DNA of 64,000 nucleotides from Yuukianura sp. NJ FZ-2021. Its lineage: Eukaryota. The number at the start of each line of letters is the position of its first letter. Within the stretch, counting starts at the first letter, position 1. Below, in pieces: positions 47,537 to 58,891 of the stretch. The notes below the pieces were generated by a model that saw nothing but the letters and a program-made list of their open reading frames with translations, made no database searches and had not been told where the DNA came from. The stretch lies in the NCBI GenBank assembly GCA_046563655.1, contig CM102289.1, positions 7,254,001-7,318,000 on the forward strand, read 5' to 3'. The position numbers and the translations under genes are program-made.

Positions 47537-47751
47537 TCTTACTTGATTTGAACTTTTTCCAAACTTTTTTAAAAGTTTTTTGAACAGAAGGAGGTGAAAC
47601 TAAAAGTCGACTGTCGCTAGATTTCTGCAATGAACGAATCTGAGGAGCCTTCAGCTTGCAAACTTATAGTACATGCACGCCTCGACAAACTGTAACTAAC
47701 TGTGATCGCATGCGTAGAAATCATCAAAGAGATACTTTTACGGCTGGGTAT

Positions 47752-47784
47752 ATTGCAAGGAACACTGTCAGTGTTCCTTGCAAT
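47752..47784. repeat. 33-bp palindrome ATTGCAAGGAACACTG-T-CAGTGTTCCTTGCAAT
   Basis: Perfect 16-bp arms with a 1-nt spacer, between the aminopeptidase stop and the start of paralog A. Confidence 0.9.
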
Positions 47785-47989
47785 GATACGACAAGCGTAT
47801 TTGCAACAAATATCTGATAAGTCATTTCCAATTTGATAACGATAAGCAATCTCATACTTTTCCTGTAAGCTTCAATTTTCTGACAGTTTAGGATCTTTAA
47901 GATCGTTAAGATGTAACTTTTAAGTCAATAAGATAAATTTTATTCGCTTCATATTGCAAACTATAATCACTTGAATTAGTAGATTAAAG

Positions 47990-50900
47990 TTAGTTTTCAG
48001 CAAACCAAATGTGGAGCCTTGCTTCGTTCGCTCTACGCCACTGGATGTTGCTTCTTATTATCTGCAAGTAGCTTTCTAAAGTTTGCCAAATGCTTTCTAA
48101 TTCTAGCGAATGATTTTTAATCATTCTTTCAATCTTAAATCAAAAAATGAGTCAATTTCAGTATTAATATAACTGTACAGAATTTTATGCTTTCCTACCT
48201 GTTCAAGTTCCTGTTCCGTTCCAATGTACAGTGTCAATGTCTCCACATAAGCAGCAACAGCTTCTACGCGAAGCACAGTAATAATTTCAGAGGCATAAAG
48301 TTCAAAAAAATTAGTCGTTTCAGATCTCGTAAGCGAGCTTGCACCAAGCCTTTGCAAAAATACGATTTTATCTGTTTCCGCAATTTCAGAAGTATCTTCA
48401 AGTATCGTTTCCAGAATCCTAAATTTTTATATAAAACACAATGTAGTATCCTTCGTATTGTTTCTTTGTTATTCAAGGAAGCTAATATCTGTTGCAATTT
48501 ACGCAAGGGGTAGTTCGGGGTCATTGGCACAGCCTAAGGCGTTCAAATAAAGGGCCTTGTCCTTGGCCGAACTTTCAGAATTTTGATATCGGTTTAAAGC
48601 CATTTCAAATTCCACGTCGGTTCCCGCCTGTACTCCACCGCAGTAGACCACTGGGCGAATATCCACTGGAATTCTAGATGAGTTTTCAAATTTTGAAACA
48701 AGTCATTAAGGCAGAATTAAAAAAAATATTTTCGAAATTGAAGACGCACGGATTAGTGTAAGGTGAGGGATCCCATTTTAAAAATTGTTCTGCGGCATAA
48801 GTGAGGCAGTCTTGCAGTCTTAATGCGCAGGCCCAATCCAGAAGCTGAGCACGCAAATATACTTTTGTTCCTAAATTCATTGTTAAAGGGTTGTTATTCT
48901 GAAAACGTTGAGAGTTCAATTGTTGAAGATGAATGAAGGTTTCAGGTTTGTTTTTAAAATTTACCTTTATCCTCTGGTAATTGTTCTATTCCAAGAGAAC
49001 GTAAAGATTCGCTTAGCTTCGGAACAAAGTATTCCTAGAAAAACAAAAGATTTTCTAAATTCGTTTAACCTTTTTTTCAATATTTAGTTTTTTTAAATAG
49101 TTTTACCTCAAAAGCTGTATAAGCTTCAGTTCCCGAAAGTTTATTTACGTAGCCCTCCAAGTGTGAAAAAACGGTGAACCATACCACGGCGTCAAGTTCT
49201 TGGCCCAAGTACTTTGTAAGTTCCAAAGCATTTTCAACCTCAGTAAATTCTGAAACGAAAGGATTTTTTAAAGGTTTGTTTAAAAAAATCTTTTCATCAA
49301 AAATTTATTTCAAAAATAATGTTTTGCAATACTTCGATCCACAAATGTAAAGTAGTCGTCGACAATTTGACTTCTACTGATGGTGCTAATCACGGCTGCA
49401 TTTTGGTTTAGTTGATCCAACAACAAGTTGAACAACGGAGCATCATATAAAACGCGATAGAAGCCTATCCATATTAAAAAAAAAGCATAAATGCATACTT
49501 TGTTATAAAACATAATAGCATGTAATTTGTATTATTTGTAAAAAATTACGAAATTCAAAGCAAAATTCTGTTTTATGCAAACAAAAAATTTACCAATTCC
49601 ATCAGCGTTAACTAGAATCCATTTTGTTGCATCGTATTCCTCAACGACTTTGAGTGCAACATCTTTTTCAATCCAAACGAGGTCAATGACCTCTGGCTCG
49701 TCAGCGGTTACAATTCCAACAGGAATCTCCCAAAGTTCATTGGGATCCAATGGTGACTCGTCCGAGTACTTGACGAGGTCAACAAATCTTTCCTAAAAAT
49801 TTCAAATTTTGGACATTGTGAAAGAAAATGTCGTCAAATTGCAAACGTAGACTTATAAACGCAACCAAAATGCAACATTTATCCGAAAATATTATTACTT
49901 GGGAAAGAAAAATTCGCGAGTCGGAGGATTTGGTGACCCGGACTAGCGGAAACCCTGATTGGTGGGACCAAGTATCCATAATGTCTTTGACAGTACGTTC
50001 TTCTGGAAGAGTTCCATCAGCGTGACCTTGTTTCGTCAAAACTAGAAACAAATCATCTTGGTCAGCAGCATCAAAACTCCTAAAAATCCCAAACAAATAG
50101 AAACATTTTCGAAAATTGCCGCCACAATAGTTTAAGTTTAGGACACTTCACAAAAAAACTTGAGCTCACAGTTGAGTAAGGTAATTGATGAGTCCCGTCT
50201 TCATTGTTTCTGGTGTTAGGAATCCCTCCATCATTCGAATGAGTGATCCCGCCTTTTCGTAAGTAATTCTGTCAAAGACTTCCATTAGTGTGTCGTAAGA
50301 CTGATTTGCGTGGGCGTAGTTTATTAGTGGATGAGTTTCCGGTGTTGCGTCAAAGATTAACGCAAGTTGGTTAATGTCGTAGTGTCTTAGGGTCAATGAA
50401 TCGTATTCAGGAGTCACTGCCGAAGTAGCAATTGGCGCAAAATAAGTTGCAAATCCTTCGTTCAACCAAATTTGATCCCAGAATTCAGCAGTGACCAGGT
50501 TTCCAAACCATTGATGCGTCTACGTAAAGGACAGAAAAATCAAAACTAAGGAAATTGTTTTTAATTATGCTTTTTGTGGGTAATACTTTTCTAGGTAAAA
50601 ATTTTACCAGTTCGTGTGCCAGAACGGAAGTAGTTCCTTCTCGCTCCACCTCAGAAGATATCTCTGAATAGTACATCAAAATAGATTCTCTGAAGACAAA
50701 AATCAATTGTTTAAAACGTTAACAATTAATGGTAAAATTTTAAAATTAATTTGAGTTTGCATGAAACCTAAAGTTAACCTGTAAAAATTTAATCCCCAGT
50801 TTTCCATTGCGCCAAACCAAAAGGCAGGGACTGCTACCGAATCCATTTTTGGCATTTTATAATCAATTCCAAAATAGTTTTCGAAAAATGTCAAAATTTC

Positions 50901-52168
50901 AGCGCCTTTTGTAGCTCCGTAGTCGCCACCGTTGAGTGGTTCTCTTATCAGATGTGGTGGACCATAAACCTAGCGAAATTTTTCCAAAATTCAAACATTT
51001 TGAACTTATTCTAATAAACCATCCAAAAAGCAATTGAGTTTTTGCTACCTTCACTGGTTTGTTAAATATTCCTGATTCTGCTTCTGCGTATGTATAGTTG
51101 GCTACAAGGATTGCCACGAGATACGAAGACATCTTTACCGTATTGTCAAATTCCTTCAATTTCCAACCATTTGGAATATCAGGGCTAAAAAACAATAAAA
51201 AATGAGAATTTACGTAACTATTTTAATCAAAAGTTAAACTTCCTCTAAGTAAGTTAATTTTGGCTAAAACGCAAGTTGGACACTGACACACAAAAAAAGC
51301 CACTTACTGGTCAATTTCGTTCAATTCTTCGGAATTACATAACGCAATGTATTTAGTAGAATCGTATCCAACAAAAAATTTGAATGTAGCTTTTGCCCAT
51401 GGTTCGTCGAAGCATGGAAACGCTTGTCTTGCCGCACTAGCTTCAAACTGTGTCGTAAGGACATTCCTGTATTGCAAGAATATTAGTATTAACAACTAAT
51501 ATTTTTGACAAACTTTGTTCAAATTTACGCAATTTCATTAGTATCTGGGTCAATATATCCCGTAAGGTAGATTCCATTCAGTTTTTCAGTAGCGATATAG
51601 GACGTGAAGTCGACTGACACAATATATGACCTTCCAGCTTGAAGTTTTGGCTCCACAGTTAAAACATAAAATTCATTTTCAATTTCGACATGTCCAGAAA
51701 CTACGTAATCCGTAGTGTCATTGGGGTCATCTGCTACCACCTGAAATCAGAAATTCAAAAAAATATAATGAAAAACACGCTTGAAACGTTTGAAAAATGT
51801 TTGTTTTTCAGTGTGTGTTTGAAATTTACATTTAGACTGGCTTCATCAACATCCAAATCCAACGCGTTGAGAGTGATTGTATTTGTGTCAACAATGGCCG
51901 TAACATTGATGCTGACTTTTCCTGGAATAGAATACTGCTCATACCCATCTACATCTGCGTCAATGATCGGCGTCAAATGAACTACATAGTGATTGGGCAA
52001 AACTTCGTTTGCCGGTAGTGGGGCCTTTGAAGAGCTCTTTGCACTTACCATGTCCACGTCATGTCTAGATGGAAATGGATACCCGCGATTTAATTGAACT
52101 TGGAAAGAAGGATTTGCATTTGTAAAGTACGCCAAAAAATAGGACAGAGCAAGCACGCTCAACTTCAT
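47990..52168 (-). CDS. Aminopeptidase N (M1 zinc metallopeptidase)
   Basis: About 17 exons. Signal peptide [13 protein letters not shown]; '[11 protein letters not shown]', '[19 protein letters not shown]', 'GAMENWGL', HEXXH '[15 protein letters not shown]', 'WLNEGFATY', '[10 protein letters not shown]', '[12 protein letters not shown]', 'GFYRVLYD'. Ends '[19 protein letters not shown]'. Confidence 0.95.
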
Positions 52169-52733
52169 TTTTAGTCGTGTTAAATTAAATGTAATTTTAG
52201 TTACAAGTTTAAGTAACAACGTAAACCTTGGTACTAAATTTGGTATGGTTAAAAGTGAATTTTAACAATTTTTTAAAATTATTTTATAACAAAGATGCAG
52301 CACACACTTCACAATTTAATCGGTGTAGTGTGGCGTCATATTATCTGATTTGTCCACTTGTACTCTAAGTGTTTTACGGGAATTCTCAAATTTGAAACAC
52401 AATAAATCTCGAATCACCCAAAAAATTATGACCTCATTGGTCCTGAGTCGAATGCTATCAATTCTAAATATTTATTTCCAAATAATTATTTTTTATTTTG
52501 CCGGAATACATATATTCTTATTCATCGTCATCTCCTTCGTCATTGAAGACCCTTGGATCGCCATCTTGATGATCTGCCTATAAAATATACAAAATATATT
52601 ACGTGTACACGTCTTGGACCACTTAAATCTCAACACAATTTAAAGCATTACTTAATTGAAACTAAAATTGTGTTCAAACTGTAAGCGATTACTACCCCAC
52701 GCTGCTCCTGCTGCGTTTTTATGCGATGAAATT

Positions 52734-53687
52734 TCAAAGCCCTCGAAAAGGTGTATGCTCTTGCTAATTCAAAGGTAAAACGTACAACATATTAACTTTT
52801 TCAAAGCTAGTAAATATTGGCTAAAGTTTCGGTAAGATCATACTACCTACAGCAAAATTAACTTACTAAGACATGCACATCGCCGTTCTCTGTGAAGAAT
52901 CTCATAAACCTGACGAAATCTTGAGCTATTACAGTAATAAAAACAAACGATACGATATTGATACTTAAAAAATCTTTAAGATTTGTTGCATTTAACCTAG
53001 AAAAGAAACAACGCTATGTGCCTTATACTTTTATATATAGAAATATGGGTTAACATAATACATGTTTGGCAACAGCAAGCAACAGTTATGTCCGTCATAA
53101 TTTTGAGAAAACCCAATGTGAAATTCACTGAATTGAAAATTTTTAGGAAAAGTTAATTTTTAGACTTACTTACAAATTTCTGGTGTCATAGAGAATTGAA
53201 CTTGATTTTGAGCCGGCAATGCGTTTTTGATGTGTACGACGCTAAAGATTCCATGAATGTCGAATAGGTTCTCTGCGATGCGGATGACTCTAAAAGTTGC
53301 TGAAAATGGGTCGCCCGTTGGCCGCAAGTCTCCCCCGGCAACCACTAAAAAAAATTGAGATTTATTATTATTTGTGTCCCATAAAAGCATCGAATCAAGA
53401 AATTCATTTAAAAATTAATTTTGTTGAGCCAACCTGTTTTGTTGTAGCCACCCAACGCAGTTGAAAGGATATAGTAGAGAATAAAATGGAATCCTTGGTT
53501 TGACGATTTGATCTCTAAAACCAAGTCTCTGTGTTCAAGCTTTTCTCCGATTCTTTGATCCACGGTGACATTGCACTTGAAAGAAAACATTGCTCTGTTA
53601 GCCTTGGTTCCAGTTCACCTCTTGTTCTAACGGGTATGAAATTATTGTTCTGTGTATTTCAACTGACGATGCTGAAATGGAACTCAT
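52734..53687 (-). CDS. Small uncharacterised protein, paralog B (ends QEHTPFRGL*)
   Basis: Exons ~53619-53687, ~53433-53575, 53174-53344, 52867-52925, 52734-52763, with a possible in-frame cassette exon at 53062-53127. It shares intron phases and the terminal 30-nt exon with 46871-47536. Confidence 0.6.
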
Positions 53688-53840
53688 ACATTTCACAAAA
53701 TTCTTGATCAAATTGAAGTTAAATATTATTTAGCAGAATCAACAGGACTGTGACAGTTTTCGCAGTTAGTTTTTTTATTACCATGCTTTCTGGTTCATAC
53801 TATGTAAAAAAAATGGTAATAACTAAGGAAATGAAAAAAG

Positions 53841-55232
53841 TTATGCTATTTCGCTTAAAACTTTAGAAACAGTGGCATATGAGGTTCGAATTTCCTGTGA
53901 TGTTGTACATAATGGTGGCATCATGTAGATAGTGTTTGCAAGAGGTCTTAGAATAAGTCCCTCCATTGGAAACTTTTTTTTCAAGTAAAGGTTTAAATCA
54001 AAGTCCCATTTTCCCGAAATTTCAAACCCAGAAATAGTCCCCAAATTCCTTGGTTTTACAACTAAGGTGCCAAGGCTCTCTGATAATTCTTTCAATCCCG
54101 TCACGTGAGCATCTTCGATTCTTTGAATAGAGGCAATTGTTTCTGGTCGTCTTAGAATTTCCAAGGATTTGATTGCTGCAGCACACGAAATGGGATTGGC
54201 AGTGTACGAATGTCCATGAACAAAGGCGGATTTAAAATCATCCCCAAGAAATGCTTCGTAAATTTCCTCAGTAGTAATTGTAAGCGCTAAAGGTAGAAAT
54301 CCACCCGTAATTCCTTTAGAAACACACAAAAAGTCAGGATGACAACGATCTGGAAGCTGCTCATGCGCAAAGAAAGTTCCAGTTCGACCAAATCCTGTCA
54401 TCACTTCGTCAAAAATTACTAAACAGGAATGTTGTCTCACAAGGTCAACCACTTTTTCCAGAAATTGTGCTCGGCACATGCGCATTCCACTAGCCCCTTG
54501 AACAAGCGGTTCCAAAATTATGGCGGCAATTGATTTTTCATTTTCGTTTAGATGTCGCTCCAATACAGTTAACGCTTCTGCTTCTTTATTTTCAACTTCA
54601 CTGTCGCCGTTCCAAGTCGCTGGAAATGGTACGAGCAGCGTTTCAAAAAATAAATTTCTGAAAGTATCGAAATAGCCTGAGCCACGACCAACAGACATTG
54701 CTCCAAATGTGTCACCGTGGTACCCACCTTCAAAGCACAAAAAGTGACGGCGTTCATGACTTTTACGGTTGATCCAAAACTGGTACGCCATTTTCAGTGC
54801 AACTTCGACAGCGGTAGATCCATTGTCAGAGAAAAAGAAACGTTTGAATTTTGGCGCCAAAATTTCAGTTAGAGATTCACAGAGAGTCACTGCCGGTTCG
54901 TGGGTAAAGCCAGCAAACATGACGTGGTCAAGGGATTTGGCTTGCTTAAAAATTGCTTCAGCAATTTCTGGATGGCAATGGCCGTGGATATTCACCCACC
55001 AACTGGACACGAGATCTAAGTAGGCTTTTCCTTTATCATCGTAAATGTAAGATCCACTGGCGCGAACAATTGGAATTGGATCTCCCGCCGTTTTTGCTTG
55101 TGTAAATGGATGCCAAATTAGCTGCAAATCACGTCCACTCAATGTTTTTTTGGTTCTAGGAAACTGATTTAAAAGTCCTCGTTTTTTGGATAAAGTTTGA
55201 ACAAACCTTTCCAGTTTTATTGAATTTTGCAT
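53841..55232 (-). CDS. bioA: 7,8-diaminopelargonic acid aminotransferase (class III PLP aminotransferase of biotin synthesis), bacterial type, intronless
   Basis: Single 463-aa ORF with BioA signatures 'IWHPFTQ', 'YLDLVSSWWVNIHGH', 'HVMFAGFTHEPA', 'FFSDNGSTAVEVALKMA', 'YHGDTFGAMSV', 'EPLVQGASGM', 'IFDEVMTGFGRTG', catalytic Lys in 'SKGITGGFLPL', 'HGHSYTANP', 'LRPLANTIY'. Confidence 0.97.
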   Translation of the reverse strand: MQNSIKLERFVQTLSKKRGLLNQFPRTKKTLSGRDLQLIWHPFTQAKTAGDPIPIVRASGSYIYDDKGKAYLDLVSSWWVNIHGHCHPEIAEAIFKQAKSLDHVMFAGFTHEPAVTLCESLTEILAPKFKRFFFSDNGSTAVEVALKMAYQFWINRKSHERRHFLCFEGGYHGDTFGAMSVGRGSGYFDTFRNLFFETLLVPFPATWNGDSEVENKEAEALTVLERHLNENEKSIAAIILEPLVQGASGMRMCRAQFLEKVVDLVRQHSCLVIFDEVMTGFGRTGTFFAHEQLPDRCHPDFLCVSKGITGGFLPLALTITTEEIYEAFLGDDFKSAFVHGHSYTANPISCAAAIKSLEILRRPETIASIQRIEDAHVTGLKELSESLGTLVVKPRNLGTISGFEISGKWDFDLNLYLKKKFPMEGLILRPLANTIYMMPPLCTTSQEIRTSYATVSKVLSEIA

Positions 55233-55562
55233 TGGTACGACCTTATAGTAACACAGAAAAACTGCTTAAAAAACAGTTGTAACTGCACCATGTGTCTTAA
55301 GTACTAACTGTAAAATGTAATTTCCAAGGGATTTTAGAGGTCTAAAGTGAATCTGTAGTGTGCATCGTAGACTATTACAATCAAAAGTAACTCCACTATA
55401 CTTATGCTAGTTGAAAAGTTCAAAAGTTATCTATTTTAGATAACAATGTTATTTCTATTTACTTTTTCAAACCGAGTGCAGTTAATTTAAGTTGTTGTTT
55501 TTTTGTTTCTTTTGAAAGGTTTGAGTAGCAATATTTGTGCATTAGAGATGCATGAAAAATAT

Positions 55563-58560
55563 TCACTCGTTTCGACGACTTTGCCATCGAGCACTGCTTG
55601 ACATTTGGAATTCGGAACTTCGGGTGTCAGCAACGGGTTGTCCAAGACAGCGGGAGAGGCCTGGACACTTGCGCAGAAGTGAAATTAGCTCTGAGCGGAA
55701 CTTGCTTCCCAAGATGGAGTAGAAGAAGAAGTTGACCGAGGAATTGACAATGACTGGGATAGAAGAGAAAACTTCGATGTCTCTGGGGTCATAGTTTCCA
55801 AAGGACACGAATACCCAGATGATAGTTCCATTGATTACGTTACTAATAACGAAAAAAATACTGACGCACAGAAGCATTACAGTCAGAGAGGTCATGTCAC
55901 TTTCACCTGACGCAGTCGACATAGAGCGGCGACTCCTAAGTGACTGTTTGACCTGTCAAAAATCATAAAAACTAAATAAGAAAACCAGTGATTTAAAAAA
56001 AAAAAAATTCAAATAAGGCGATTATAATCCATTTTATATTAATCTACGGTTGCGCGGTTACTCCAGCCCGATTATTTTCCCGATTATAATCGCCCAAAAA
56101 AGAATCCACAAAAAGGAGGATTCTTGCAGATTAATCTACCTTCACCCATATTTTTGAATTGAGGAATGTTAGGGTAGGAATTGGAACGACGTACATCAGA
56201 ATAGCCCAGAAATAACCGTGGTAGAATACTCTGTAAAAACGTTCTTGTAAAATGTTCGGCCGATTGTAACGTCGAACGAGCGTTTCTTGAAACTGAAACG
56301 AGTCATTTCCATGTTGTCTTAACTGAAAACCCAGTGTGGATCCAATAATTTCAAACCATCGCGGGAAATTTACAACAATGGCTCCAATGAAGACCAGAAT
56401 GCTCATGATAACTGCTTTTCGTTTGCTTGTCCAAAATCTAATTTGAAGTGGATAGCACACTGCAACAAAACGTTCAATTGTCACCAGAATTGTGATGTAA
56501 ACGGATGCTGTGTGTGCTAAAAAGAGTTAATGAGGTTTGATTTTTTTTAAATATTATAATTTAACTAGTACAATAACTTAAGTAATGTTAATAATACCTG
56601 TTTTACTTAACGGATAAACGAAGGTTGATTGAATTTGTTCGAGTGACCAAATGGCATGCATTGGATTTTCTCCGAGGATGGAAAATGAGGTCCTATCGCC
56701 TCGGATGGTGTAATAAATATTGAGGAATAGTGAAATCAATTTGAATCCATAAAGTGGCAGGGACACAATCAGTGTTCCTAAAAGTGTTAAATCAAACAGC
56801 GCAAGCGCAATCATGAAGCAGCTTGTTGAGCTCATCATGCTTTTCCTCGTCAGAACTGCAATGCACAAGACGTTTCCAAAAATACCAACGAAACAAATAG
56901 CACCTAGAACGCATATATAGACGTGGAAAATCGTAACTTCTTTTTGCGACTTGTCTTCATGTCGCAGTCCAAAAAAATGCCATGTCCCGTTCACTTTTCT
57001 TAAACTAGCTACATTTCCTACTTTTGTAGAGTTTGCATGTTCCAGAAATGTTTTGACTTGCACATTTTCTTCTCCAATTTGCTGCAAACCTTTGATTGTC
57101 AAGTTGACCATTGAAGTTTTCAAAAGTTGCAGCAAAACTTCGTCATTGATTTGATTGTACAAATTTACGGACTCTGTGTTATTGAAAACGAATGAAAAGT
57201 TTTCCAGGAACACTTTGTCCAGCTCACAGTTGTCCAATGTCAGAAACCGAAGTGATTTGAACAGGAAAGGCGCGGTCATTTTTAATTTGAGGTTGGTCAG
57301 GTACAACAAGCTCATTTGGTTCATCGATTCCGAAAATATTGACAGATCCAAGGTTACGTTTTGTGTTGAATCTCTGCGTTGAAGTTTTACAGAGCTGAGT
57401 TTGCTTAAGTTCCGTAAGAACTCGAATCCGCCAATAGCAAAGTCGAGATTCAACATATTTACTTCCTGTATGTTGTTGAACTTGATACCAGTGCTGTTGA
57501 ATGTTGTGTTGGAAAGTTCAAGTACCCTGAGCTGCGGTAACGCAGTCACTGTATCTGTTGCTGATGAGTAAACTAGATCTGCGGTTTGAAGCGTTAACGA
57601 AGTTAAGGATTCGCGATTGAGGTAATGCAAGTCGTACGTCGGAGTCGACATTTCAAATTTTACATTTTGTAACTTCAGGCTGAAACGAACAAAACAGACG
57701 AGTGCTAAATTATTAATTGAGCTCCATTGAAAGTTCAATTTGGAGTTTCTTACGTTTCAACTTGATTGAGTTTTTGAAAAAGTACGTTTGGCGAAGCATT
57801 TAAAAATGTTGTTGACCTGTAAGCTTCAAATTTAGTTACCCCAATGCCATTAAATTTTGACAAGTCAATAATAGTTTTTGTAGCTTCAAGTTTTTTGTAG
57901 GGAAAGTACTGCTGCAAGTCATATGGAATTCCTTCCAATTCCAAAGTCTCCGTAGAGTAATCAAAACTTCCACCAAATTCAGCCTGAATAGTTGTGGTTA
58001 TTTCGGCTAGAGAAGTTAAATTACCTTTAGGAACAAAGAACAGCGTGTCAAAAAATTCGGCGGAAGTGCTATCAGAAAACCCCCACTTTTTGCGCTCAAT
58101 TCTAACTTTGCGTAAGTGCGGAAAAAATATTTTGTTTTCAAAGTTTCCATTCCAAACAACGGAGTATAACTTGATGGTGGTTAGTTCGGTGCATTCCTTC
58201 AATTCATGTAGCAAAGTTTTCGGATCAAATTCCACTATAGTTAGTGTAAGGCCTTGAATTGCTGATTTATTTTCATACATGATTTTTTCAAATTTTTCAA
58301 ATGGGTAGTGTTCCAAATTTCCGCGTATTACTACTTCATCGTTCATCTAAAAAAATACATTATAATTTTCGGTTGTAAATTAAATATGTTGATCGAAATG
58401 AATCTTGAAAATTAGTGTTGCAAATGCAATTGCAATTATTAACTTTTAATGTTATGCATACCACGGTTTCTTGAAGACATTCCACATACAAATTAATACA
58501 AATTAAAATAAAAATTGCAAGAGAAAAGCGGCGCGATGATTTCCGCACGAGCGTAGGCAT
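55563..58560 (-). CDS. Class A GPCR (FMRFamide-receptor-like 7TM) with LRR-like ectodomain, copy 1
   Basis: Exons 58462-58560, 57754-58346, 56598-57679, 56140-56516, 55563-55952. Hydrophobic N-terminus; LxxLxLxxN/C repeats; TM1 'GIFGN', TM2 'LALFD', TM3 'HTASVYITILVTIERFVAVCYPL', TM4 'NFPRWFE', TM5 'YVVPIPTLTFLN', TM7 'NSSVNFFFY'. Confidence 0.85.
56017..56094. mobile_element. Small inverted-repeat (MITE-like) insertion in the last intron of GPCR copy 1
   Basis: 13-bp inverted repeats GGCGATTATAATC...GATTATAATCGCC. This intron is ~187 bp versus ~67-70 bp in copies 2 and 3. Confidence 0.4.
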
Positions 58561-58891
58561 TTCAGGATATTTTCAAAATTAAAACAACAGTAAGCAAGAA
58601 ATTCTTAAGATTTTTGTGTAATTCTACTGAGACTTTGAAATTAGCACTGCATCACTACTTAACAGTGCAGCGGCATAAAAGCTGCCTTTTTTAAAAAAAA
58701 TTAAGAGAAGACGCTTTCTCTACCAATTAACATTTGCGGCTGGCAATTAGAAACCTGTCTTTCCTCTATTATAATATTTAATATTTTACCGTGTTGTTCT
58801 ATGAAGAAAAATTACAGAATATTGGCAGCAAGCTAGCAGTTTCGACGAAACACGAGTCCGCTTTTCAGTTTTTTATGCACTGATTTATGCA

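Noticed and set aside
53841..55232. bioA as bacterial contamination or part of a bio operon
   Set aside because: No neighbouring bacterial genes, and the flanks are spliced animal genes within 150-330 bp. Only read-level data can formally exclude a chimera.
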